From the NCBI GenBank assembly GCA_964514675.1, contig CAZERN010000001.1, positions 1 to 24,865 on the forward strand: 24,865 nucleotides of DNA, in the 5' to 3' direction. This document shows, piece after piece, positions 1-8,699 of this stretch. Source of the stretch: an uncultured Gammaproteobacteria bacterium. GTDB lineage: Bacteria > Patescibacteriota > Patescibacteriia > Patescibacteriales > UBA12465. Each line of letters starts with the position of its first letter. Positions within the stretch are counted from its first letter, which is position 1. The notes below the pieces were generated by a model. It was not told the origin of the DNA, made no database searches, and was given only the letters and a program-made list of their open reading frames with translations. A program made the position numbers and the translations under genes.

Positions 1-1
1 A

Positions 2-1027
2 AGAAGCCGTTCCTGGCCGCGGACTATAACGAGAGATATAGGCTAAATCAAAATTTAACTCAGTAAATAATTTGAAAGTATTATTAAACTGAGCTTCAGT
101 TTCTCCTGGAAAACCAACGATAACATCAGTGGTGATTGCTATGCCTGGACGAGCAGCGCGCAGGCGAGAAATTAAATCTTTAAAATGAGCCACCGTATAA
201 TTACGGTTCATTGCTTTTAAAATTTCGTCATCACCAGATTGAACAGCTAAATGCAGGTGATTAACTACTTTTTCCGAAGTGGCAATCACACTAATTAAAT
301 CAGGGCTTAAATCTTTGGGGTGGCTGGAAGAAAAACGAACCCAAAAATTTCCCGGAAAACTAGCTACTTCTTTTAAAAGCCGGGGAAAATTATAATCACC
401 ACTGCGATAACTATTTACATTCTGGGCAATTAAATTTATTTCTTTATAACCCATGGCCAAGAGTTTCTTTACCTCGGCGAGAATTTCGTCTGCCGGGCGA
501 TAAACTTCACGTCCACGAGCATAAGGAACAACGCAATAAGAACAAAAATTATCACAGCCATTACCAATCGGGATGTGAGCCCGATAACTACTTTCATAAC
601 GAGCGGGAATCTTTAGATACTCTTCCCCGCGCTCTTGGCGCTCAGTCTCATAGAGTTTGCCGGCATCCGCTTGATCTGGGACAGTTTTTGCCGCTAATAG
701 TTCCACTAATTTAGGCAAACGATTAATATTTACAAACAAATCAACCTGACCCTTAAGGCGGCGCTTAACATCAGGACGATAAGCTAGACAGCCCGTAATA
801 ACAATTAAGGCTTGAGGATTTTTCTTACGCAACTGGTTAACACGACCATAAACCCGGTCTTCAGCGGACTGACGGATGCCACAGGTAACAAAAACAACCA
901 AATGGGCACTTTCTGGCTGCTTAGTTTCAATATAACCAGCCTGGTCCAAGTAAGAGGCCAGGCGTTCGCTATCGGCTTTATTCATTTGGCAGCCAAGGGT
1001 AATTAAATGGTAAGTGGCTTTATTCAT
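2..1027 (-). CDS. miaB: tRNA-2-methylthio-N6-isopentenyladenosine(37) synthase MiaB, 3' end runs off the window
   Basis: Manual translation from ATG 1027: MNKATYHLITLGCQMNKADSERL, VFVTCGIRQSAEDR, radical-SAM motif GCDNFCSYCVVPYARG, SSSHPKD, HLAVQSGDDEILKAMNR, TTDVIVGFPGETE, YSPRPGT. GCQMN marks MiaB rather than RimO (GCPKN). Absent from the ORF track because there is no stop in the window. Confidence 0.93.
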   Translation of the reverse strand, partial: MNKATYHLITLGCQMNKADSERLASYLDQAGYIETKQPESAHLVVFVTCGIRQSAEDRVYGRVNQLRKKNPQALIVITGCLAYRPDVKRRLKGQVDLFVNINRLPKLVELLAAKTVPDQADAGKLYETERQERGEEYLKIPARYESSYRAHIPIGNGCDNFCSYCVVPYARGREVYRPADEILAEVKKLLAMGYKEINLIAQNVNSYRSGDYNFPRLLKEVASFPGNFWVRFSSSHPKDLSPDLISVIATSEKVVNHLHLAVQSGDDEILKAMNRNYTVAHFKDLISRLRAARPGIAITTDVIVGFPGETEAQFNNTFKLFTELNFDLAYISRYSPRPGTAS

Positions 1028-2780
1028 TGGTTAAAGATTTTATTTGGTAGAGAGTGAAGTCGCGACCGATAAATTTTTGCGGCTCTAATTGTAAGCCAAA
1101 CTCCGGCAAACGGCTAGCATTTAAATATTCTAAATCAATTTCCGAATAAGTAAAGTTTAGGTAATAAACAGGATAATGATTAAGTAATTTTTTCAAAAAA
1201 GGATAGTAAGGCGGTTCGTGCATCAGCCCCATAATCACCCGACGCTCTGGAAACAAAACCTTATCATGATACTGGGTTAAGATAATCGCCTCAGTCGGAG
1301 TCAAACTTAAAACTGTGCGCCCAATCTGACGGTCGGCGGCCATATTGTAAGAGAGATTGTTAAGACTCTCTTCACCAGAAAAAAGTAAAAAATTAAAAGA
1401 TTGAAAAGCAACGATTAGAAAGGCTAAAGCTAAAGAACCACTAACTAGATAACGATAGACTAAGTGACGGCGGCAAAAATAGAATAAACCGCGGGCAATT
1501 AATTCCCAAGTTAAAGCCACTAAAGGTAGGGCCATTAAATAAATCGGCAACCAATAACGAGTGTAAGAATTGCCAATGGTATGACTAGCCGCATTGGGGT
1601 TATCGGTAAAGCGCCAGGAGCCATAATATAAAATCAAAACACCCGACAAAAAAATCCAACTCAAAAGATAGACTAAATATTTTTTAGCTGGTTTTTTTAA
1701 ATTTAAAAGGAGTAAAATTAAAAATCCCAGAGCACCAAAAGCTGTTAACCAAGGAAACATTTCAACTACATAATAGTTAAACATGGCCAAAGACTGCCGC
1801 GGCTTAAAACCAAAATAGAAAACTGTATCCTTAACCGTTGTCACTAAAGCCGAAAAAGCACTTTTTAGAGATTCTCCAGATTGAAAAACAAAATTATTTC
1901 CGGCTGCCGAAATAGTTTCTAAAGAACGATTCATCTCATTATAACCGCCGTAAAAAGGAGAATTATACAACAACTGATTATAATAAAGGGTGGGCAAAAG
2001 AGCGAAAAAGAGACCAGCTAAAAAAAGTAAAATTCGGCTAAAACCAAGACGACGCCAATAGAAAAGTGCCACCAACCCCAAGACCGGTAAGAGCCAGATT
2101 ATTTCTGAAGTCCGAACCGCAATCGCCCAACCAAAGAAAAAACCAGCAAAAATTATCAACAAAGAGCCTTTAACTGTGGCCGCGCGCGGACAATCTTTAA
2201 AAAAGTTTTGCTTAATTGGCTTAAAACGACGATTAAGAGCAGTCGCCAAAAAATAAGCACCAATAATCAGCATTACCAAAAACAGAACATTATGGAACAT
2301 GCTGCGCATTGAATAATAAAAGTAGACTGGAAAAACTGCTAATAGCGCCGCAGAAATAGCGGCAATCCGCTCAGAAAAAAGGCGGCGCAAGAAAAGGAAA
2401 AAAAAGATAATTCCCAGAGCGCCGAAAAAGGGCGTTAAATAAGGAATAATAGCCGGGCTAATCCAAGCCCCTAAATAACCGTATAATAAAATTAAACCTA
2501 AAAAACTAACTGGTTTGAGCCAGCCACTATCACTTCGCATACTTCGAGGCATCACCAAATCAGAGGCGAGAATATTTGCTTCTTCAAATTGAGCAACAAC
2601 CCCTTCGGTAGCCAAACGATTAGAGAAAAAATAATTAGCCGTTTCATCAGGCGAATTCCACTTGACTAAATCTTGGTGTTGAGTGCTAAAATTAAAATAA
2701 GCTGTGCCTACAAAAAAAGCGACCGCCACAAGGAAGACGGCAATAAAATAAAGACTGGGAGCTTTTAGTCGACTATTCAT
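1020..2780 (-). CDS. Polytopic membrane protein, probable GT-C-fold glycosyltransferase (ArnT/PMT-like)
   Basis: ORF 1020..2918; likely start is ATG 2780 (MNSRLK), which removes the overlap with the divergent gene. Many hydrophobic helices, an acidic PDETANY motif in the first loop after TM1, a late TRYWLP motif and a soluble C-terminal domain. Confidence 0.7.
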   Translation of the reverse strand: MNSRLKAPSLYFIAVFLVAVAFFVGTAYFNFSTQHQDLVKWNSPDETANYFFSNRLATEGVVAQFEEANILASDLVMPRSMRSDSGWLKPVSFLGLILLYGYLGAWISPAIIPYLTPFFGALGIIFFFLFLRRLFSERIAAISAALLAVFPVYFYYSMRSMFHNVLFLVMLIIGAYFLATALNRRFKPIKQNFFKDCPRAATVKGSLLIIFAGFFFGWAIAVRTSEIIWLLPVLGLVALFYWRRLGFSRILLFLAGLFFALLPTLYYNQLLYNSPFYGGYNEMNRSLETISAAGNNFVFQSGESLKSAFSALVTTVKDTVFYFGFKPRQSLAMFNYYVVEMFPWLTAFGALGFLILLLLNLKKPAKKYLVYLLSWIFLSGVLILYYGSWRFTDNPNAASHTIGNSYTRYWLPIYLMALPLVALTWELIARGLFYFCRRHLVYRYLVSGSLALAFLIVAFQSFNFLLFSGEESLNNLSYNMAADRQIGRTVLSLTPTEAIILTQYHDKVLFPERRVIMGLMHEPPYYPFLKKLLNHYPVYYLNFTYSEIDLEYLNASRLPEFGLQLEPQKFIGRDFTLYQIKSLTNE

Positions 2781-2856
2781 ACTCTCAAATCTTATAGAAA
2801 AATACCCTTTTAAGCAAGAATTTGCTATATTTAATTTTAGACCCTCTTTGTTATCT

Positions 2857-4761
2857 ATGATCAATAAAAAAATCTTTATTACTGAAGAAGATTTTCTGGC
2901 CGGACTAAGCTTGGTCATGATTTTTGGCAGCCTGGTTTATTTTTTTTACCGACTTGATTGGCCGGGCGTGATTTTAACTTTAATTTTTAGTGCCGGAACT
3001 TTTTATTTTATTCGCCCTTATTTAAAAAAGGAACTAATGATAACTGGTAGCCGGGAGCCAGAAACAAAAATTGACTATATTTTACTAGCCTTTTTCTTGA
3101 TTGCCAGCGCTGCGGCTTGGGCGCTTTTAATTGCTGGCCGAAGTGGGGCCGCTTTAATTTCTCCTTGGCAAACAATTTCCGGTTGGTTCTTTGCCGCTTA
3201 TGCGGCGGCTACTTTTTCCCTCTTAACCCTACTATTTCGGGCTAAACTAAACAATCGCAACCGTTGGCTTTTGGGGGCGCACTACGCCCTCTCCTTTAGC
3301 GTTGCGGCTGTAGTTTATAAATTAGGTTACGGCTTTGATCCTTTTATCCATCAAGCGAGCATGGAGATGATTATTGATCAAGGCTTTATTCTGCCAAAAA
3401 CCCCTACTTACTTAGGAGAATATTCTTTAGTAACCATTATTTCCCGCTTTAGTGGTTTAAGTATTTATAGTCTAAATAAATTTTTAGTACCAATTAGCGC
3501 CGCCTTATTACTACCGGGGGCAATTAAAACTTTAGGCGCTAGTCGCGGTCGAACAACTTCAGTTTTACTAGCTGGAATATTAATACTTATTCTTCCCTTC
3601 ACCTTTTTAATTGTCAGCACTCCTCAAAATTTTGCTTATCTATTTTTACTTTTAGCGCTACTTTATTCTTTATCGGGACAGCGCGTCTTAGCACTCTTGC
3701 TAAGCCTAGCCACTTTCGCCATCCATCCCATCGCCGGCCTACCCGCTTTAAGTTTTTGGGCCTTTAGAGAGCTTGATTATCGCCACCCTTTAAAAAATAA
3801 AAGAAATTACAGAAGGAGACGTAATTTTATTTTCTTAGGAAGTCTAATTTCCCTGCCGCTAGCTTTTGCTCTAATCAACAAGCAGTCACTTCTAAATTTG
3901 CGTTTCTCGCTAAACGGCTTTAACGCTTTAACTTTTTGGCCCAATCACGGCGCTAATCTTGGCCCCTTCTATCTCAATTTTCCCTATCTTTTTTCTTTCC
4001 TTATCTGGCCAGCCTTCATCTCTCTGGCAATTTATGGCGCTTTAAAATGGCGTAATTTTGAAAATGAAAAACTGGCCACCTGGAGAACAATCGCCGCTTT
4101 AATTGGAGCCTGGATGTTAACCGCTTCCCTCTCTTTTGATTTTTTAATTGACTACGAACAGGCTGATTATTTAAAACGTTTAATTTTAATAATCGCCCTT
4201 TACCTGACTCCTTGGCTTATTTCGGCTTTAGGTGAACTGGCCTCAAGAGCACGAGAAAAAAATCTAAAGGGCAAATTTGTCTTTATCCTAGCCGGGACTC
4301 TAATTATTACTAGCAGCCTTTATCTCTCTTATCCCCGCCATGATTTATTTGTAAATTCTCGAGGTTATAGTGTTTCTGAATCTGATTTAGAAGCGGTTCG
4401 TCTAATCGATCAAGATGCCGGCGGCGCTGATTATGTGGTTTTAGCTAACCAACAGACAAGCGTGGCCGCCTTAAAAGACTCTGGTTTTGGGCGTTATTTT
4501 GAAACTGAGGCTGGGTCAGTCTTCTTTTACTCTATTCCCACCGGAGGCCCTCTTTATCAATATTATTTAAGTTGGGTTAATGAAGGCCCGCAAGAACAAT
4601 TAGTTGAAGATGTAAAAGAATTAACACAAGCGCAAAGAGTTTACTTAGTCATTAACCGCTATTGGTATCGGAGTGATCGACTAATTAGCGAAACGCGCCT
4701 TCAGGCACTTAACTCCTGGGTAACCGATGACCAGGAAGTTTATATTTTTAGACTCAATTAA
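2857..4761 (+). CDS. Polytopic membrane protein, possible GT-C-fold glycosyltransferase
   Basis: ORF 2848..4761; likely start ATG 2857. More than 10 hydrophobic segments, a GFDPFIHQA loop motif (DPxxH, seen in GT-C first-loop motifs), DYEQADYLKR and a soluble C-terminal domain. Confidence 0.55.
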   Translation: MINKKIFITEEDFLAGLSLVMIFGSLVYFFYRLDWPGVILTLIFSAGTFYFIRPYLKKELMITGSREPETKIDYILLAFFLIASAAAWALLIAGRSGAALISPWQTISGWFFAAYAAATFSLLTLLFRAKLNNRNRWLLGAHYALSFSVAAVVYKLGYGFDPFIHQASMEMIIDQGFILPKTPTYLGEYSLVTIISRFSGLSIYSLNKFLVPISAALLLPGAIKTLGASRGRTTSVLLAGILILILPFTFLIVSTPQNFAYLFLLLALLYSLSGQRVLALLLSLATFAIHPIAGLPALSFWAFRELDYRHPLKNKRNYRRRRNFIFLGSLISLPLAFALINKQSLLNLRFSLNGFNALTFWPNHGANLGPFYLNFPYLFSFLIWPAFISLAIYGALKWRNFENEKLATWRTIAALIGAWMLTASLSFDFLIDYEQADYLKRLILIIALYLTPWLISALGELASRAREKNLKGKFVFILAGTLIITSSLYLSYPRHDLFVNSRGYSVSESDLEAVRLIDQDAGGADYVVLANQQTSVAALKDSGFGRYFETEAGSVFFYSIPTGGPLYQYYLSWVNEGPQEQLVEDVKELTQAQRVYLVINRYWYRSDRLISETRLQALNSWVTDDQEVYIFRLN

Positions 4762-4775
4762 AAAAATTTACTAAC

Positions 4776-4810
4776 AAAAAAACAACGCCCATTCAGGCGT
4801 TGTTTTTTTT
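4776..4810. terminator. Bidirectional intrinsic terminator
   Basis: AAAAAAACAACGCC-cattca-GGCGTTGTTTTTTT perfect stem with A/T tracts on both sides, between convergent genes. Confidence 0.9.
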
Positions 4811-4825
4811 ATTAGAGAAAAAATC

Positions 4826-7222
4826 TTAATGACGACTTTCCTGGTAAGAAAAGACTGGACCGACTGCTAAATATTTACCGGAATTAAGCTCATAAACCAA
4901 GGCCATAAGATTAATACCAGTGGTTTGGACCAAAGAATGATTAGGAACTTTAAGCCGAAGTAAATTCTCATTCGGTTCTGTCAATTTATATTGCTTAGCA
5001 AAGGAGCTGATAAAATCTTGATCATTGCCACTTAAAGCTTCATTATTTAATTCCTTTTTAATAATTTCAGCAATTTGATTTAACTTGATATTTTCATCTC
5101 TTAAGGTAACTCCTACCGAGGGAACCTTTTTATTAATCCCCATTCCTAGAAATAAGCCGTTAATCATTTCGTTATCAGCGATAATTTTTTTAACCAAAGA
5201 ATAATTAGGCTCTATGTAAAAGTTATCATTTAAAACAACGTCCGTATTTAAACCGTTACGGTTTTCCGATAACCCGGCCGGGGCAAGGTTGGCCAACGGA
5301 AGCTGCAAATCAACCCAAGATCCAGCCGCAGTATCAACCAAACGTTGCGACCAAGTAGGTGTGCTGGCGTAAATTTGCATCTGCTTATTATTGGTAGAGA
5401 AAAGCGTTTCAATGGTACCGAGGGTGGACCAATAATTAGTATCATGCCAAACCGGCCAAGACTGTAAATCACTCTGGAGCTTGGCTAATTGAGTCGGGTA
5501 TTTTTCATATTGCGAATTGATTTGCCAGTGCGTAGACAGAGCTACTTTATCAGCAACTAGAGCAATTACATCTAAACCGCTACCGTTACAACGCTCGCCG
5601 CCTTCACGACACAAGGTAACATTATTTTTATCATTATTACTTCTAAATCCTTCTTCTCCAGTAAAAACTCCCAATTCAGACCCACTTAGACGCTTAAAAA
5701 TATAATCATTAGGCCAATAATAATCAGCTAACAGTTTAAACCCTAACTGGGACTTATCTTCCCCCTTATCTAAAGCCCCTAAAGATGGATTAAATTTCAA
5801 AGCTAAAAGTTCCTGACGCAATTTTTCTAAATTAGCCTCACTGTCAACATTTTCCCAAGCGAATAGAGTGGCGGGATCATAATCAGCGCCAAACAAATGC
5901 TGCATTGCCTCATCATATTGGCGATAAGTTAAATCATCACGCAGTCCGCGATAATAAGACAAAAGCTTATAAACTAAGGCCCAACGATTTTTTAATTCTT
6001 GATCATTGGAAAAATCTTTAGTAATAAAAGTGGTCGCAGTTAAACTAATTCGGGCATCATCTTTATCAAGCAAACAATCGGGACACTTTTCGTCTTTAAC
6101 GGCCAACGGAAAGACGGAATTAAGCCAACGGCTAGCTAAATAGAAATTTTTTAATTTTTCAGTGCGCTGATATTCAGCCGGAATTTCAAATTCTCGGTAA
6201 TCGCGCTCGTAAAGAAGAACTGGCGATTTAGTTTTCTCCCGGCCACTACGGATTAACTCTACCTCCCGAGCAGCATCTTTTTGTAGATACGGCAGAATAG
6301 TAAAATAAAAGGTGTTTGCTTCACTAGCCCCAAACTTGGTCATACTTTTACTATCCGGATCAATTTGATCAGCCCTCGGCTCCAAAAGTTCTAGGGCAAC
6401 AGCAAAATAGGCCATTGCTAAGCGCTGAGATTCTAAAATGGGATCATTAATATTACCAATCTCTGCCAAACGATTTTCATAACGATAACGCGCTTGTTCA
6501 TAAAGAGAGCGTGAGATTTCGTGAATATTGTTATAAAAAATTGTCTCTTCAATGTCTTTAAAAACCTGTTTAATTGTATTTTGGTGATAGTGTAATAAGA
6601 AATCGCTAGTAATTAAAAGGGGGATGCCTTTACCTGATAACCAAGAATAGGCTCCATAAAAATCAGTTATTTCTTTAGAATCAGGGTTTTGTAAAACTGA
6701 AAAACCGTCCTTGTTTAAATTTTCTAAATACTGATCCAATTCAAGACGACGGGAAAGATCGTAGTAATTTAAAACATCGATTTTTATATTAAGCGGCAAA
6801 GAATAATCAACAAAAGAAAATTCTGGAACTCCTGGCGGGGCTTCATAAAAATCCCGAAAATTATATTTTTCTAATTCGCCAGAAAGTAAAGATTGGTCCC
6901 AATTATCAATACTGGTTGTCGCTTGATCAGTCGGCAAATGCACATCCGTACTAGTCGCCCCTTCTAAGGGGGCTTCGTTTACTGGATCAATAATTACCGG
7001 CTGGGTTGGCGATTTAGGGGGCATTAAGATTCTTACCGAAATCCAAATAGCTAAAGCGAAAATAAGCAAAACGGCTAAGCCGATAAAAATTTTGCGCTTA
7101 TTTTTCTCCCAAAAAGACAGGGGCGCTTCTTCGCTTGAAACCCGAGGAGACAAACCGTTAATAGGCGTCCCGACATCAGGCTTAGGTCTTGAAGTGGCAA
7201 TAGGATCTAAATCAGAAAACAT
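4826..7222 (-). CDS. DUF3160-like membrane-anchored protein
   Basis: 798 aa; one N-terminal TM (IFIGLAVLLIFALAIWISV) and a Pro-rich linker; segments PLLITSDFLLHYHQ..FKDIEE, AAGSWVDLQ, FYIEPN and LAVGPVFSYQE resemble DUF3160 conserved blocks as recalled. Confidence 0.7.
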   Translation of the reverse strand: MFSDLDPIATSRPKPDVGTPINGLSPRVSSEEAPLSFWEKNKRKIFIGLAVLLIFALAIWISVRILMPPKSPTQPVIIDPVNEAPLEGATSTDVHLPTDQATTSIDNWDQSLLSGELEKYNFRDFYEAPPGVPEFSFVDYSLPLNIKIDVLNYYDLSRRLELDQYLENLNKDGFSVLQNPDSKEITDFYGAYSWLSGKGIPLLITSDFLLHYHQNTIKQVFKDIEETIFYNNIHEISRSLYEQARYRYENRLAEIGNINDPILESQRLAMAYFAVALELLEPRADQIDPDSKSMTKFGASEANTFYFTILPYLQKDAAREVELIRSGREKTKSPVLLYERDYREFEIPAEYQRTEKLKNFYLASRWLNSVFPLAVKDEKCPDCLLDKDDARISLTATTFITKDFSNDQELKNRWALVYKLLSYYRGLRDDLTYRQYDEAMQHLFGADYDPATLFAWENVDSEANLEKLRQELLALKFNPSLGALDKGEDKSQLGFKLLADYYWPNDYIFKRLSGSELGVFTGEEGFRSNNDKNNVTLCREGGERCNGSGLDVIALVADKVALSTHWQINSQYEKYPTQLAKLQSDLQSWPVWHDTNYWSTLGTIETLFSTNNKQMQIYASTPTWSQRLVDTAAGSWVDLQLPLANLAPAGLSENRNGLNTDVVLNDNFYIEPNYSLVKKIIADNEMINGLFLGMGINKKVPSVGVTLRDENIKLNQIAEIIKKELNNEALSGNDQDFISSFAKQYKLTEPNENLLRLKVPNHSLVQTTGINLMALVYELNSGKYLAVGPVFSYQESRH

Positions 7223-7225
7223 AGA

Positions 7226-8086
7226 TTAATTAGGTAAGTATTTATTCTTATTAACTAGGTGTTCCTCATAGGTAGCAGCGTAAACCATGCTCCGACTACC
7301 AGCTGGAGTCAAAAAATAATTATAATTTGTTGGTGTCGGGTAAATAGCTGCCTCAAGTGCTAAATAACCAGGATTAGCAATTGGGCTGGGTGTTAAGCCG
7401 CGATTAAGATAAGTATTAAATGGCGAGGGTATTTGTGTATCAGCGGTACTGTATTGAGGCTTATTAACTCCGAGAATATAAGCCAAAGAAGCGCAGGACT
7501 GCAAAGCTTGATTATTCCTAAGACGGCGCCAAAAAATTCCAGAAACAATTTTAGCATCAGTATTATCTTTTTGAGCGTAAAAAATCGGCGCCTCCTTTTC
7601 AACCAAAGAAGCCATAATTACTATTTCACTAATTGTTTTTCCTTGAGCAGCAATTTCGGCGCGCAAGTCTGGAGTCAACTTTTTATCAAAGTTGTTTAAC
7701 ATTTTGTCCAAAATTTCCTCAGGAGTACTAGAGGCAAAAAAGCGATAAGTGTCGGGATAAAGATAGCCCTCAAGGTCAGTCCCGGCAGGACGGTCAGCTA
7801 AAAAATCAAACCGTTCACTTGGATAATCTTCCTGAGCCTTCAAAAATTCTTCCTCATCTAATAAGCCGGCAGCGGCGAAAAGCTTAGCTACCTCCTTGTT
7901 ATTAGAACCTTCGGGAATACGAACAGTAATTTCATCTTGATAGACAATTGGCTCAGGCTCTGGTTCGCGGCCTAAAATTTTATCTAAAAAGACTTGCGAC
8001 CGCGTCGGAGCGACTTTATAAACAAGAAAACCACCAATAGTTAATAAAGCGATTAAAATTAAAATTATTTTACCAATTAAATTCAT
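7226..8086 (-). CDS. mltG: Endolytic transglycosylase MltG (YceG family)
   Basis: N-terminal TM; LEGYLYPDTYRF, IMASLVEKEA, LQSCASLAY, SPFNTYLNRGLTPSPIANPG. Confidence 0.93.
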   Translation of the reverse strand: MNLIGKIILILIALLTIGGFLVYKVAPTRSQVFLDKILGREPEPEPIVYQDEITVRIPEGSNNKEVAKLFAAAGLLDEEEFLKAQEDYPSERFDFLADRPAGTDLEGYLYPDTYRFFASSTPEEILDKMLNNFDKKLTPDLRAEIAAQGKTISEIVIMASLVEKEAPIFYAQKDNTDAKIVSGIFWRRLRNNQALQSCASLAYILGVNKPQYSTADTQIPSPFNTYLNRGLTPSPIANPGYLALEAAIYPTPTNYNYFLTPAGSRSMVYAATYEEHLVNKNKYLPN

Positions 8087-8106
8087 ATTTTTAGAAGGCT
8101 GTCTTC

Positions 8107-8583
8107 TTAAGATTTGGCCGCCTTAGCCGCCGCTTGTTGAATAAGCTTTGAGCTAGCTCGAATTTTTTTACCCAGACCGTCAACCATAGTAATGCCCAAA
8201 TCCTGACAAATTGGATACTCTGGAACATCGCCTAAGCTTTTTCGGTCGCCGCCATTAGCAAAAATATCCGGCTTAACCTTGGCTAAAGAGCGACAAACAG
8301 TTGCATCCCGATCAACAGAAACGAAAACTTCATCTACCGCTTTCAGGGCGCTAATGATTTTTACACGATCCGCTAAGCTCATAAAAGGAACACTACCTTT
8401 TAGTTTTACCTGGTAATCATTATTAACAATTACCACTAATTTATCGCCCAACTTCTTCGCCCGCTCTATCATTTCCAAGTGCCCAACATGCAGAGGGTTA
8501 AAATAGCCAGAGACAGCGACAATGGTTTTTTTTCTGGAGCCGGTAGGTCTTTTTTTCCTCATAACTTTCTTAGATACAGCCAT
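8107..8583 (-). CDS. Stand-alone HxGH cytidylyl/adenylyltransferase (TagD / RfaE domain II / RibL-like)
   Basis: VAVSGYFNPLHVGH, VVIVNNDYQ, RVKIISALKAVDEV, KPDIFANGGDR. Likely start ATG 8583 (ORF track starts at 8631). Substrate cannot be determined from sequence. Confidence 0.8.
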   Translation of the reverse strand: MAVSKKVMRKKRPTGSRKKTIVAVSGYFNPLHVGHLEMIERAKKLGDKLVVIVNNDYQVKLKGSVPFMSLADRVKIISALKAVDEVFVSVDRDATVCRSLAKVKPDIFANGGDRKSLGDVPEYPICQDLGITMVDGLGKKIRASSKLIQQAAAKAAKS

Positions 8584-8607
8584 ATTAATTTTTATTAAAC
8601 TGCTTTT

Positions 8608-8616
8608 ATTATACCA
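8608..8616 (-). promoter_or_regulatory. Extended -10 promoter (TGGTATAAT) for the cytidylyltransferase-mltG-DUF3160 unit
   Basis: Reverse complement of attatacca is TGnTATAAT, 24 nt upstream of ATG 8583; no clear -35. Confidence 0.55.
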
Positions 8617-8657
8617 AAAACCGAGTGACATTAAAAATCCTTTATTTTTTTGAAAGA

Positions 8658-8676
8658 TACCCTTATAATAAGGGTA
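8658..8676 (+). promoter_or_regulatory. Perfect 9-1-9 inverted repeat centred on the probable uppP -10 box
   Basis: TACCCTTAT-A-ATAAGGGTA; TATAAT at 8664-8669, 30 nt before the uppP ATG. Confidence 0.5.
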
Positions 8677-8699
8677 ATAATAAACTATATTAATCAGAT

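Noticed and set aside
812-1006. 64-aa plus-strand ORF
   Set aside because: Antisense shadow of miaB.
974-1027. 12-bp direct repeat GGCTTTATTCAT at 974-985 and 1016-1027 (MNKA twice)
   Set aside because: The inner copy is the conserved CQMNxxD motif; two copies only, probably chance. The outer ATG is needed to include the GCQ cysteine.
2681-2689. GAGTGCTAA, a canonical CIRCE half-site
   Set aside because: Inside a CDS with no partner arm 9 nt upstream.
2781-2918. Apparent head-to-head overlap of ORFs 1020..2918 and 2848..4761
   Set aside because: It disappears with ATG starts at 2780 and 2857; the extensions are not protein-like.
5248-7699. Short ORFs within the DUF3160 and mltG genes
   Set aside because: Alternative-frame or antisense shadows with no recognisable motifs.
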